A stretch of DNA of 64,000 nt from Haplodiscus bocki (GCA_965655095.1 OZ296651.1:3844001-3908000), one strand, 5' to 3'; counted from the first letter of the stretch, positions 10,226-23,041 are shown. Program-made: numbers and translations. The notes: a model not told the origin generated them from the sequence alone.

Positions 10226-11166
10226 ACAAGTCAATTTCTAAAAAAAAAGGCGTCTTTATATCATTGGTGGGTCCCCCGAGACGAGAAAGTCACAATTTGT
10301 TTACAATTGGCTCGAAAAAGGAACCTTTTAACCGACATTTGGCAAAATATACTTTTTTTATCAACACTCTCAGACACTTTATGATGTTATGCAAAATGAG
10401 ATTGAAAATCCCGAGTTTGTTCAAGGTGTACACTTTGAATTTATTGACCCGTTAAAAAACGACGGTACAGAATACTTAATAACTTTTGACGAATCATGTG
10501 AAGAGATTTGCAATTCAAAGCACTTGTTGATACTGCTACTGCTGGCAGACATCGTGGATTGATTACTATTTACATTAAGCACAACTTGTTTCATCAAAGC
10601 AAACTTGGGCGAGACGTTGAGCTCCAGAACAGGCACATTGTTTTTTTCAAGTCTCCCCGTGATGTGATGCATGTCACTACACTTAGGGTACAATTGGGAC
10701 TCGGATCAGAGCTAGTTGACTGGTATCGAGACGCAGCATCTGTTCCCTACGGTCAGTTATTGATTGACTTGTCGACTCGCACAGACGATCGATTACGTTA
10801 GTGTAAACACCGGATCCCATCCCTCAATTTTTTTTTATCTCGGACCGGCTAAAATGGTCCAAAAATTTGGGCGATGAACACACAAAATCTCTCTACTCTC
10901 CACTTGTTCCAACCTTTTTACCACAGATGCAAAAGAGTTCGTACGCAAAAGAGTTTATCCGGTTTCTTTGCGAATGCAAAGTAAATCTGCTCAAAGGAAA
11001 CTAGCAAAGCATAAAAAGACATCACGTGGCAAAATCTCAAAGCGAAATTAGAGTGTTGTCTCGAAAACGTACAACTTGTAAGCAAAGAAGAGACATTTTG
11101 GCTTCCGATAAAGGCTTATAGCTCAATAAAGTTATTACGGCTCACGTCATTAACCATTTGTCTTGA
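10222..11166 (+). pseudogene. A32/FtsK-like genome packaging ATPase (plus basic C-terminal region), fragmented
   Basis: Degenerate Walker A FISLVGP.ET(G)KSQ, Walker B YLITFDES, motif C AGRHRGLITIYIKHNLFHQ, IVFFKSPRD, PYGQLLIDL. Confidence 0.9.
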
Positions 11167-11167
11167 T

Positions 11168-11575
11168 ATGGAGCAGTTTATCCTTATTCCTGCTTCTGTG
11201 TACAACAAAACTTGATTACGCAGTCAGTTACAAAGCAGGAGCTTCCAGAGTACCAACCTTCACAAAATCCCACGTACCAAATTGATTCACTCAAGATAAA
11301 AATAAACAAAAAATTATTCTACAAAGCAGACTCTTTAGTAGAAAAAATTTCGTGTTGTCCACGTATCAAGCTCTCAAATTTACAAACCGTAATTCTGGAT
11401 GGTGTAAAAAACTGGAATTTTCTGTTGGACTTTGTTCAACAACTGCGTCGTAAAAACGCAGACGTTCCAGACATTTACTTTACTTTACTTGACGCAGCTG
11501 TTGTATCTCCGACTCTGACTTTGAATCAGAATGCCAGAGCCAAAGAGAGGATGCTGGGTCCCTTTGAAAATCTGA
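11168..11575 (+). pseudogene. Polinton hypothetical protein upstream of the integrase (copy 1)
   Basis: MEQFILIPASVY start, frameshifted into ORF 11212-; position between ATPase and integrase. Confidence 0.55.
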
Positions 11576-12466
11576 ACGTCAGAAACTGCAAAGGCTCTTC
11601 ACGAAAGGTGGTGCTGCTTATGGTTCTGTGCGGAAATTAGTGAAAGCTAGCAAACTGTCAGTATCAAAGGTGTGATAATTTTTGCATTCAAAACCTTCCT
11701 AAACAAAATGTACTCTTGCCACACGTAAATTCAATCGAAGGAAGGCATTTGCTTTATTCAAAAATGAAATTTGGTGTATGGATTTGGCATACATTGACAA
11801 ACTAGACAATGCTAAAAACGGTGTAAAAAATCCTCTATTTCGACAAGACCTTTTTGATAGGACTGTAGAGGCAAAAGAAAATGAAAACAAAAGATTCCAA
11901 AGAAACGGTTTGTGCATTTCTGACTATGATTACAGAAAACAATCGTCCCAGAAAAATTGGGTTGACAAGAGAACAGAATTTGCTGGAGAGTTTACAAACT
12001 ATTCAAAGCTGATGGAATACAAATTTACTGTACAATGAGTGAGACCAAGCCTGCATTTGCTGAACGTACAACACGATCGCTGAAAAAAAAACTTTACCGT
12101 TGCATGGAAGACAATGGATACAAGTACATTCACAAATTGACTCAATTTGTTACGACAATAAATTCTAGAAGAAATTGCTCGGTGGACTTGATCCCAAAAA
12201 ATCTAATGATTTCCGACTTTTTGTCCATTCTGTACAGCAAACCACTAAAAGAATTTAGAAAACCCCAGTTTATAACTGGAGACAGAGTTCTCAACTCGAA
12301 GTATGACTTACCCTTCAGGAAGTGTTACAAGCCACAGTGTACACAAGAGGTTTTCGAAATTGTTGCAATTTCTTCCAGAAAACCTCCAACATACACAATA
12401 AAAGTTGAACAATATGAAATTATCCGCGGTAAATTCTATCAGAAAGAGTTGCTCAAAGTCATTTAA
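11560..12466 (+). pseudogene. int: Retroviral-like (rve) DDE integrase, copy 1
   Basis: GGAAYGSV N-terminus, EIWCMDLAY (D), WVDKRTEF (D), AFAERTTRSLK (E), FITGDRV...FRKCY...EVFEI...GKFYQKEL. Stops and frameshifts; no chromodomain seen. Confidence 0.93.
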
Positions 12467-12468
12467 CA

Positions 12469-13268
12469 ATGGAAACGTTTACAATAGAGTTGATTTCAAA
12501 TGCAACTGCACAATTTTTTCCAGACAATACATTGAGCTCTTTTACAAGCCTCTTACCAGACCAACTGAGTCTAGAAGGTTAGTGGGAGGTTGCAATTTCA
12601 AGAATATCTTACCCATCAATGTACCAAAATGTCACAGAGGTAAAATTCAAGTTTTTCGGCAAGAAAATATCGAAGTCGTCAGAATTTCACTATCTGGAAC
12701 CTGGTGTTTACAGTTCCATTACGCATATTGTTGAAGCCATGAACACTCTCATTCAAGCAAGACACAATCACAGCGAGAACTGTATCACAGTTAAAATGTC
12801 TCGAAGAACGCAAAAAGTTGAGACTAACCTTGCAGATGAAAGATCTGGTGTTGCATTCTTTAGTGCGGATCTGACACATTTTTGGAAGCATTGTCGGTAA
12901 TGACTTTGAAGTAATGTTGAGAGGGGAAGGACCTTACAAACCAGAACTTGCTTACGATTTTGTCCGCATACACTCTCCAATGATATACACGGACCTGATT
13001 GAGTACAAAATCGTTGGCGACACGAAGGCATCATTGCGGTCTTGCTTTCTTTTTTTCGAAGCTCAAGGCTGGAGACATTCTAACTACTGGTCAGTACATG
13101 AACTATCAGACATTTAGCAACCTGCAATTCAGACCACTGCTCAAAAATTATTTTCACAGTATTCACATTGACTTGAGAAACACCAGCGGTGAAAAAATAT
13201 CCTTTGTATCTGTCGGTATTACTCGTCTTGTTTTGATGTTCAAAAAAGCCTCCAACATTCATTTCTAA
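12469..13268 (+). pseudogene. Minor capsid protein (penton), copy 1
   Basis: METFTIELISNA...FPDNTLSSF...LP..L.LEG*WEVAIS.ISYP; YTDLIEYKIVGDTKA.L; HSIHIDLRNTSGEKISF. Confidence 0.85.
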
Positions 13269-13286
13269 CCTGAAAGACGTTACAAG

Positions 13287-13670
13287 ATGCTTGCTTCAAG
13301 ACAAGTAGAGATTCCATACTATAGAGGTTTTGATCGACAACGTGGACGGGGATTCGGTGCACTTGCACAAGTTATTGGGAGAACCACAATTCCCTTTTTG
13401 CGTAAATATATCGTCCCTGCTGCAAATCGAGTGGGTGCTGACTTTTTAGAATTTGCTGTGCCAGAAATTGCAGAGGCTGTTAGTGATAGAAAAAAGTACA
13501 AGACTGCAAAGAGTGTGGGAAGACAAACTCTGAGAAAACAGTTGGGTGACGGGAGCCGCAAGTGGACGGGAAATAGCAGCAAAAGGAGTGCGAGCAGAGT
13601 TATTTCAACAAAATCCGCAAAACAAATCAGTCGGTCGCGAAGAGACATCCTTACAAAAATTTCTCACTAA
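13287..13670 (+). CDS. Basic pVII-like core protein precursor, copy 1
   Basis: Open 127-aa ORF, YYRG..RQRGRGFG (adenain-type cleavage context), Arg/Lys-rich, lying between penton and major capsid. Confidence 0.75.
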   Translation: MLASRQVEIPYYRGFDRQRGRGFGALAQVIGRTTIPFLRKYIVPAANRVGADFLEFAVPEIAEAVSDRKKYKTAKSVGRQTLRKQLGDGSRKWTGNSSKRSASRVISTKSAKQISRSRRDILTKISH

Positions 13671-13672
13671 TC

Positions 13673-14994
13673 ATGTCGAGTATTTTTCGGTACCAACCTT
13701 TTGTGGCAGTTTCTGGAAATCTTGGAGGGAATGTCCCCATAGTTGAAGATGTCTTGTCGTCCCATGAACAAAAAATCTATTCTACTACCTCACTCGATGA
13801 GAACTGCATAGAGTTCGATTTTCAAACGGAATGGAAATATTACGTTGATTTGAGACAGACGTACTTGGCTTCGAAACTGAAACTTGTCAGGGGTCGTGGT
13901 TACGATACTTACAATACCAAAGAAGTAAAAAAAGAACACAAAGAAGAAGCAAAAGCAAAAGAGGAAGAAACAGCGGATGAAGAGTATTTAATTTTTTGCA
14001 CTAATTTTTTTCCAATGTTGAAGTGTACATCAACAATCAGCAAATTTACAACTCTAATGGATTGTAAGCGCACAAAGCTTACATTTCCAACAACTTCAAG
14101 GGAGCCATCTCTGAATACAAGGGAGTTTTGCACTGCGAGGGGTACGACTATGAAGAATTTCCTGATGAAATTATGGAAGCGCCTTTGTCTGAACATTTTC
14201 TCACAAGGAGAATGAAAATGCTTAGCAGACCTGATGGCTTCATATTGTATGGTAAATTGGAGGTTGACTTTTTCTCCACTTCTGAATTGCTATATCCAAA
14301 TATGAAATTTAGGCTACGACTAATCAGAGCCAGACCTAATTTCTACATGATTAGCGACAACCCCAACGTTAGTCTTGGAATTGTTGATTGTTCATTTTAC
14401 ACTCGTCGTATTGATTTCAAGGATGATTATCACAAGAAACAAATGGACATGATTGCCTACACTCCTGTGGTGTTTAACTTTTTGGAGACTCTCGCAAAAT
14501 ATTTCATCATTCCTCCCAGACAAAACCAGTTCGTTCAAGAAAACATTTTCAACAATGCTCCAGTTCGTCGGATTGCTATTGCAATGAATACAAAATCTGC
14601 CCTCACTGGATCTTATACTGGAAATCCCTTCTGGTATCAACAATTTGAGCTCAGACAAATTAGAATAGTCAGAGGAGGTCAACCAAATGTAGACTTTGAT
14701 GCTGCTGAAATCTGTCGCCTTTATGTTACTACAAAGAAAGCAATGAACTTTTGAGTTGATATCCCCTCAATTCTACTCGGTAAATTCAAAGACCACTAAG
14801 TACTAGTGTTTGATTTGACTTCGATGCAAGATGCTACTGAAAATTGCCATTACCCAGAACTAGTTGCAGAACCATTGAGGCCGGAGCTCAACTTTACTTT
14901 TTCTCTAGAACACGTTATTGAACTCATTGTATTGGGAGAACGAATGTCTTCAGTTGCAGTTGACAGGTTTGGTGTTGTTGGAAAAAACATCTGA
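13673..14994 (+). pseudogene. Major capsid protein (double jelly-roll), copy 1
   Basis: CIEFDF...YVDLRQTYL..KLKLV; FSNVEVYINNQ; DFFSTSELLYPNMKFRLRLIRARPNF; NIFNNAPVRRIAIAM; GNPFWYQQF; FDLT. Deletion/frameshift near 13985 and stops. Confidence 0.88.
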
Positions 14995-14995
14995 A

Positions 14996-15264
14996 ATGGA
15001 AAATGTTTCTCTCCGGCAAAACTTCAACCGTATTCCACTACTCAAGTATCGGTACCGTGGCTCTTTTCCTTCCGACTCTGTTCCAACTCTTGACAATGAC
15101 ACTTTTGCCTTTATAAATACGCAACCCAGCAATACGCAGCGTGAGCATTGGATAAAGATTGCAAACTCTCGTCAAAAGTGTTTTTTGCAGACTTTCTTGG
15201 TCGTAAAATCTATAGTTTCCTCAAGCAGCAATATGAACAGATGATGCCAGAACCACTACAGTAA
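14996..15264 (+). pseudogene. Adenain-like cysteine protease, C-terminally truncated, copy 1
   Basis: YRGSFPSD, FINTQPS...EHW (His), FFAD.LG (Asp); ends at EPLQ* just before the expected catalytic CG motif. Confidence 0.85.
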
Positions 15265-15955
15265 ATGTGCAGGTTATAGAATGTCTCAGCTAAAATTCAA
15301 ACACTCTAATTGACATCTTTTACTTTAATACAATCTTTTTACATAGCAGTAAGTCAAATCAATATCCGCCCGCGCATTGAAAGATACGCATGCCTAATAA
15401 TTTATCCCCACGCGTAAAACTTTATCCGCAGGCGTAAAAAACTCTGCGGGTCCACAAAATGAATCTCCAAAAAAGGAAAAACTAGACCCGTTACAAACCC
15501 CACAATTGCAATGAACCCCTCCCCCGTTGTGAACACTCCAATCCACTCTACTACTTAGGAGCATTGCCTATCTTAATGCATAGTCCTGAACTATATCCTA
15601 TCTTAATACATTGACCCAAACTATACCCTACCTTAAAACATTGAACCGAACTTTACCCTATCTTAATACATTGCCGAACTATACCGTATCTTAGTACATT
15701 GGCGAACAGTATCCTATCTTAAAACATTGCCGAACTAAACCTAACTTAAAACATCGACCCGAACTATACCCTATCTTAACACATTGACCCGAACTATACC
15801 CTATCTCCATAAATTACTGTTGACAGCCAATCAAATTCGAGTATTACGTCACCCGAGTCGTCAGCCAAACGGAACCGTCACCCGAGAGCTCTACAGCTTA
15901 TCTTAATACATAGGGACCTCCAGTCCCCCCCACCTGATCTGCGCACTCTTCTACT
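15265..15955. other. Polinton right terminal (putative TIR) region, copy 1
   Basis: Non-coding. Terminus-like motifs at 15544-15555 and 15944-15955, CCAAT and TTACGTCA motifs at ~15827-15851. The partner TIR is not in the window. Confidence 0.7.
15567..15810. repeat. 28-30-bp minisatellite CCTATCTTAATACATTGACCCGAACTATA, copy 1 (9 cores)
   Basis: Direct inspection; cores about every 28-30 bp from 15568 to 15800. Confidence 0.92.
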
Positions 15956-18690
15956 GCTAAAGTTGTTTATACTAAATGGTTTAAAAGAAGGTGCCCTTTT
16001 CTAGCAAGTTGATAAAATTCATGGGTCGATAAATTCAAAATGATAAAATACAAAAATTTGTTAAATCATTGCCTCATGAGACGTTTACTGTGAACATAAC
16101 AATAAAAGAGAGATCAAATTTTTTGCATGATTGCACTGCTTTAGAAAGTTTTAGTGCAATAATAAAGCTTGACATTGGAAAAGCAAACGGCATTGATGGA
16201 ATTTCTTCTGAATTTTCGGAAACTTAGGCGCACGTTTCAGCCCAACTCTTTTTGGTTAAAAACAAAACTTCGTTTTCTCAAAGCAATTTCCCAGAATTCT
16301 TTAAAAATGGTACGATGACACCTATCCAATCTTCAATTGAATGTTGGAGAATTTTAAATCAATGACTAACATCGTCGTTAAGGCAAGCACTTGGGAAGAA
16401 CAAAGTACCTAAGGGGTAGAGAAAAAATGAGAACAAATTGTTTTCAGCATACCATGGGCTAAAATCAGTAAGTTTTAAAATCAAAAACTAAAAAAAAGCA
16501 TTCGATTTGTACAGCAACTTAGCTTCATCTACAAAAAGGTCATTTGTGATGTGTTGGCCATAGTATTTTCGATCACGAGCGCGTAAGAGAAACAACAGGT
16601 AACGAAGAATTGATCCCAGCGGAACACTGCTTTCAGAAGCGCCCCAACAAGAGATGGCCTTTCAAAGTATTAAACAATGATACCAGTTGAAACCAAATTA
16701 GCGCAACCAGTCGAGGGCAACATTTCTACTGCCGTATTGTGCTAAAGTCGTCAGTAGATGTTCCTAGTCTTTTGTATTGAATTTTTTCCTAATGTCCAAC
16801 AAAAACAAAAACCAATTTTATTTTTCTCAAATCCTAATTTTTCAGTTCTATCAACAAAAGCATCAGTGGTCGAAACATTAGTTTGAAACTCGAACTGCTT
16901 AATCTACAAAAACTTTGATCCAGTAAGAAACTTTGAATGCGGTTGTACATAGATTTACCAAACATTTTACTCAAGCTGAAGCATCATAGCTAGGCCTATA
17001 ACATGATGGCTATGGTTTTGATCCAGTTTTTTGTATGAGAGCTAACGTAGCGACTTTTGGGCAATCTGCAGAAACGCTTCAGAAAACGAAATTTTAATTT
17101 TAAGAAACAAAAGTGAAAATGAAACAAGCCCACAAGAAAGCTTCGAAAACCTTAATTGAAACTTCATCAATGCCGTTTGCGTTTCCCCTGTCAAGCAGTT
17201 TTAATGGACTAGAAAGATCTACAGTAGTGCATTCATGAATCATGCAAGAAAGCTCATCTTTCTTTGAATGGTATGTTCGCAGTAAAACAACCCAAGATGC
17301 AATGTTTCAACAGATGTTTGTATTCCAACACCTAGGGAAGAAATTATCCTTTTAAAATAGTCATCATATTTATCTCAATTTTAATTAGAAAACTTGAAAG
17401 ATTTAACAATTTTGGATAATCAGTTGGTGGTTTTCATCCACTCAGTTCTGATAAAATATAAATGTTTGAAAATGTTTGGTTCTCCTGAACTTTAAAAACT
17501 GGATGAAAAAGAGCAGCTTCTCGTCAAACCGGATAGTATAACCAAACCTATTATCATCTTTTTGTTTTGAGTCAAATCAGTCTCTTTTAGAAGAAGGAAA
17601 ACGTCATGATAAGGACTTAATCAAGTTTTGAGTTGGTTTCCGACACAAAAATCAAATCAAGATTTGTTGTTCTGCTTTTTCTCCATCTAGGAAAACTTTG
17701 TGTGTTCAACAGTTAATTGTCTGGGAAAATTAATTTAATGACTGACATCGTCGTTAAGCCAAGCACTTGGAAAAACAAAATACCTAGAGGATAGAAACAA
17801 TTTGAGAACATATTCTTTTCAGCATACCACGGGCTAATATCAGTGAGTTCTGAATTCAGAAATTAAAAAAAGTCTTGAATTTGTACAATAACCTAGCATC
17901 ATCTACAAAAACGTTAGGAGTGATGTGTTGCCGATAGTATTTCAGATCATAATCGTAAAAAAGGAACAACATAGGACAATGTATTGATCCCTATGGAACA
18001 CTGCATTCAATAGCATGCCAACAAGAGATAGCATATCAAATTATTAAACGATGATACCAGTTGAAAATATACTAGCGTGAGCAGTCAAGGGTTAAACATC
18101 TCACGCCGTTTTGTCCTAAAATCATCAGTTGTTCGAAGTCTGTTGTATCAAACGTTTTCCTAAAGTCAAGCAGAAAGCCAAAACCAACCGTACTTTTTGC
18201 TATCTTAATTTTTCAATTCTCCCAAAAAGAACCTCTGTGGTCGAAACAATAGTTTGAAACACAAACAGCCTAATCTAGAAGTTTTCTGATGGACATGAGA
18301 CACTTCGAAGGCAGTTTTACATAGATCTCTCAAAAAAATTACGTAAAGATGAAACAACAGAGCTACGGCTATATGTATCTGCCTATGGTTTTGATCCAAA
18401 TTTATGTGTGAGTGTTATCGTAGCAATCATAGGTCAATCTGGAAAAACGACTAAAAAGAGGAAGTTTTAATTTTAACCAGCAATGAATGAGCTCAAACGT
18501 GCGTACAAATTCTCAAAAATTGATTGAAGTTTCATCAATGCCATTGGCGTTTCCTCTGTCAAGCAGTTTTAATGGACTAGAAAGTTCTACAGTAGTGCAA
18601 TCATGAATCATGCAAGAAAACTGTTATTCCCTTAGTTGGTATGTTTGCAGTGAACGTCCCATGCGTCAAGGATTCAACAGGTTTTTTCTA
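15956..18690. repeat. LINE-RT-derived satellite flank (short inverted piece 15956-~16330, then ~1.7 monomers)
   Basis: Plus strand 16125-16330 reads FLHDCTA...KLDIGKANGIDGISS...FPEFFKNGTMTPI. The remainder matches the minus-strand RT monomers of the large array. Confidence 0.85.
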
Positions 18691-19206
18691 CTCCCCGTGA
18701 TGTGATGCATGTCAGTACACTTAGTGTACAATTGGGACTCGGATCAGAGCTAGTTGACTGGTATCGAGACGCAGCATCTGTTCCCTACGGTCAGTTATTG
18801 ATTGACTTGTCGACTCGCACAGACGATCGATTACGTTAGTGTACAAACACCGGATCCCATCCCTCAATTTTTTTTATTTCGGACCGGCTAAAACGGTCAA
18901 AAATGTTGGGCAATGAACAAACAAAAACTCTCTACTCTCCACTTGTTCCAATCTTTTTACCACAGATGCAAAAGAGTTCGTACGCAAAAGAGTTTATCCG
19001 GTTTCTTTGCGAATGCAAAGTAAATCTGCTCAAAGGAATCTAGCAAAGCATAAAAAGACATCACGTGGCAAAATCTCAAAGCGAAATTAGAGTGTTGTCT
19101 CGAAAACGTACAACTTGTAAGCAAAGAAGAGACATTTTGGCTTCCGATAAAGGCTTATAGCTCATTAAATTTAATACGGCTCACGTCATTAACCATTTGT
19201 CTTGAT

Positions 19207-19614
19207 ATGGAGCAGTTTATCCTTATTCCTGCTTCTGTGTACAACAAAACTTGATTACGCAGTCAGTTACAAAGCAGGAGCTTCCAGAGTACCAACCTTC
19301 ACAAAATCCCACGTACCAAATTGATTCACTCAAGATAAAAATAAACAAAAAATTATTCTACAAAGCAGACTCTTTAGTAGAAAAAATTTCGTCTTGTCCA
19401 CGTATCAAGCTCTCAAATTTACAAACCGTAATTCTGGATGGTGTAAAAAACTGGAATTTTCTGTTGGACTTTGTTCAACAACTGCGTCGTAAAAACGCAG
19501 ACGTTCCAGACATTTACTTTACTTTACTTGACACAGCTGTTGTATCTCCGACTCTGACTTTGAATCAGAATGCCAGAGCCAAAGAGAGGATGCTGGGTCC
19601 CTTTGAAAATCTGA
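19207..19614 (+). pseudogene. Hypothetical protein upstream of the integrase, copy 2
   Basis: Near-identical to 11168-11575. Confidence 0.55.
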
Positions 19615-20505
19615 ACGTCAGAAACTGCAAAGGCTCTTCACGAAAGGTGGTGCTGCTTATGGTTCTGTGCGGAAATTAGTGAAAGCTAGCAAACTGTCAG
19701 TATCAAAGGTGTGATAATTTTTGCATTCAAAACCTTCCTAAACAAAATGTACTCTTGCCACACGTAAATTCAATCGAAGGAAGGCATTTGCTTTATTCAA
19801 AAATGAAATTTGGTGTATGGATTTGGCATACATTGACAAACTAGACAATGCTAAAAACGGTGTAAAAAATCCTCTATTTCGACAAGACCTTTTTGATAGG
19901 ACTGTAGAGGCAAAAGAAAATGAAAACAAAAGATTCCAAAGAAACGGTTTGTGCATTTCTGACTATGATTACAGAAAACAATCGTCCCAGAAAAATTGGG
20001 TTGACAAGAGAACAGAATTTGCTGGAGAGTTTACAAACTATTCAAAGCTGATGGAATACTAATTTACTGTACAATGAGTGAGACCAAGCCTGCATTTGCT
20101 GAACGTACAACACGATCGCTGAAAAAAAAACTTTACCGTTGCATGGAAGACAATGGATACAAGTACATTCACAAATTGACTCAATTTGTTACGACAATAA
20201 ATTCTAGAAGAAATTGCTCGGTGGACTTGATCCCAAAAAATCTAATGATTTCCGACTTTTTGTCCATTCTGTACAGCAAACCACTAAAAGAATTTAGAAA
20301 ACCCCAGTTTATAACTGGAGACAGAGTTCTCAACTCGAAGTATGACTTACCCTTCAGGAAGTGTTACAAGCCACAGTGTACACAAGAGGTTTTCGAAATT
20401 GTTGCAATTTCTTCCAGAAAACCTCCAACATACACAATAAAATTTGAACAAGATGAAATTATCCGCGGTAAATTCTATCAGAAAGAGTTGCTCAAAGTCA
20501 TTTAA
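19600..20505 (+). pseudogene. int: rve integrase, copy 2
   Basis: Same DDE motifs and lesions as copy 1. Confidence 0.92.
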
Positions 20506-20507
20506 CA

Positions 20508-21313
20508 ATGGAAACGTTTACAATAGAGTTGGTTTCAAATGCAACTGCACAATTTTTTCCAGACAATACATTGAGCTCTTTTACAAGCCTCTTACCAGAC
20601 CAACTGAGTCTAGAAGGTTAGTGGGAGGTTGCAATTTCAGGAATATCTTACCCAGCAATGTACCAAAATGTCACAGAGGTAAAATTCAAGTTTTTCGGCA
20701 AGAAAATATCGAATTCGTCAGAATTTCACTATCTGGAACCTGGTGTTTACAGTTCCATTACGCATATTGTTGAAGCCATGAACACTCTCATTCAAAAAAG
20801 ACACAATCACAGCGAGAACTGTATCACAGTTAAAATGTCTCGAAGAACGCAAAAAGTTGAGATTAACCTTGCAGATGAAAGATCTGGTGTTGCATTGCAT
20901 TCTTTAGTGCGGATCTGACACATTTTTGGAAGCATTGTCGGTAATGACTTTGCAGTAATGTTGAGAGAGGAAGGACCTTACAAACCAGAACTTGCTTACG
21001 ATTTTGTCCGCATACACTCTCCAATGATATACACGGACCTGATTGAGTACAAAATCGTTGGCGACACGAAGGCATCATTGCGGCCTTGCTTTCTTTTTTT
21101 TCGAAGCTCAAGGCTGGAGACATTCTAACTACTGGTCAGTACATGAACTATCAGACATTTAGCAACCTGCAATTCAGACCACTGCTCAAAAATTATTTTC
21201 ACAGTATTCACATTGACTTGAGAAACACGAGCGGTGAAAAAATATCCTTTGTATCTGTCGGTATTACTCGTCTTGTTTTGATGTTCAGAAAAGCCTCCAA
21301 CATTCATTTCTAA
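20508..21313 (+). pseudogene. Minor capsid protein, copy 2
   Basis: Near-identical to copy 1, with a private 5-bp TGCAT duplication at ~20891. Confidence 0.85.
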
Positions 21314-21331
21314 CCTAAAAGACGTTACAAG

Positions 21332-21715
21332 ATGCTTGCTTCAAGACAAGTAGAGATTCCATACTATAGAGGTTTTGATCGACAACGTGGACGGGGATTC
21401 GGTGCACTTGCACAAGTTATTGGGAGAACCACAATTCCCTTTTTGCGTAAATATATTGTCCCTGCTGCAAATCGAGTGGGTGCTGACTTTTTAGAATTTG
21501 CTGTGCCAGAAATTGCAGAGGCTGTTAGTGGTAGAAAAAATTACAAGACTGCAAAGAGTGTGGGAAGACAAGCTCTGAGAAAACAGTTGGGTGACGGGAG
21601 CCGCAAGTGGACGGGAAATAGCAGCAAAAGGAGTGCGAGCAGAGTTATTTCAACAAAATCCGCAAAACAAATCAGTCGGTCGCGAAGAGACATCCTTACA
21701 AAAATTTATCACTAA
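21332..21715 (+). CDS. pVII-like core protein, copy 2
   Basis: Open 127-aa ORF, RQRGRGFG. Confidence 0.75.
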   Translation: MLASRQVEIPYYRGFDRQRGRGFGALAQVIGRTTIPFLRKYIVPAANRVGADFLEFAVPEIAEAVSGRKNYKTAKSVGRQALRKQLGDGSRKWTGNSSKRSASRVISTKSAKQISRSRRDILTKIYH

Positions 21716-21717
21716 TC

Positions 21718-23040
21718 ATGTCGAGTATTTTTCGGTACCAACCTTTTGTGGCAGTTTCTGGAAATCTTGGAGGGAATGTCCCCATAGTTGAAGATGTCTT
21801 GTCGTCCCATGAACAAAAAATCTATTCTACTACCTCACTCGATGAGAACTGCATAGAGTTCGATTTTCAAACGGAATGGAAATATTACGTTGATTTGAGA
21901 CAGACGTACTTGGCTTTGAAACTGAAACTTGTCAGAGGTCGTGGTTACGATACTTACAATACCAAAGAAGTAAAAAAAAGAACACAAAGAAGAAGCAAAA
22001 GCAAAAGAGGAAGAAACAGCGGATGAAGAGTATTTAATTTTTTGCACTAAATTTTTTCCAATGTTGAAGTGTACATCAACAATCAGCAAATTTACAACTC
22101 TAATGGATTGTAAGCGCACAAAGCTTACATTCCCAACAACTTCAAGGGAGCCATCTCTGAATACAAGGGAGTTTTGCACTGCGAGGGGTACGACTATGAA
22201 GAATTTCCTGATGAAATTATGGAAGCGCCTTTGTCTGAACATTTTCTCACAAGGAGAATGAAAATGCTTAGCAGACCTGATGGCTTCATATTGTATGGTA
22301 AATTGGAGGTTGACTTTTTCTCCACTTCTGAATTGCTATATCCAAATATGAAATTTAGGCTACGACTAATCAGAGCCAGACCTAATTTCTACATGATTAG
22401 CGACAACCCCAACGTTAGTCTTGGAATTGTTGATTGTTCATTTTACACTCGTCGTATTGATTTCAAGGATGATTATCACAAGAAACAAATGGACATGATT
22501 GCCTACACTCCTGTGGTGTTTAACTTTTTGGAGACTCTCGCAAAATATTTCATCATTCCTCCCAGACAAAACCAGTTCGTTCAAGAAAACATTTTCAACA
22601 ATGCTCCAGTTCGTCGGATTGCTATTGCAATGAATACAAAATCTGCCCTCACTGGATCTTATACTGGAAATCCCTTCTGGTATCAACAATTTGAGCTCAG
22701 ACAAACTAGAATAGTCAGAGGAGGTCAACCAAATGTAGACTTTGATGCTGCTGAAATCTGTCGCCTTTATGTTACTACAATGAAAGCAATGAACTTTCGA
22801 GATGATATCCCCTCAATTCCACTCGGTAAATCCGAAGACCACTAAGTACTAGTGTTTGATTTGACTTCGATGCAAGATGCTACTGAAAATTGCCATTACC
22901 CAGAACTAGTTGCAGAACCATTGAGGCCGGAGCTCAACTTTACTTTTTCTCTAGAACACGTTATTGAACTCATTGTATTGGGAGAACGAATGTCTTCAGT
23001 TGCAGTTGACAGGTTTGGTGTTGTTGGAAAAAACATCAGA
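21718..23040 (+). pseudogene. Major capsid protein, copy 2
   Basis: Near-identical to copy 1; extra A-run frameshift at ~21975 and the stop codon changed to AGA. Confidence 0.88.
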
Positions 23041-23041
23041 A

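Larger units (their letters stand above)
1..15955. mobile_element. Decayed Polinton/Maverick (adintovirus-like endogenous virus); left end lies outside the window
   Basis: Hallmark gene set: pPolB, A32-like packaging ATPase, rve integrase, minor and major capsid, pVII-like core protein and adenain protease. Ends in ...CACTCTTCTACT (5'-AGTAG on the minus strand), then unrelated satellite DNA. Confidence 0.95.

Noticed and set aside
13287-13670. Selective retention (domestication) of the pVII-like ORF, open in all three copies
   Set aside because: The ORF is short and the copies are recent duplicates, so they are not independent evidence; survival by chance is plausible.
1-15264. Alternative genetic code or programmed readthrough explaining in-frame stops (including the EGF TGA)
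   Set aside because: All three stop types occur at positions of different expected residues, together with many frameshifts and deletions. Ordinary decay explains it.
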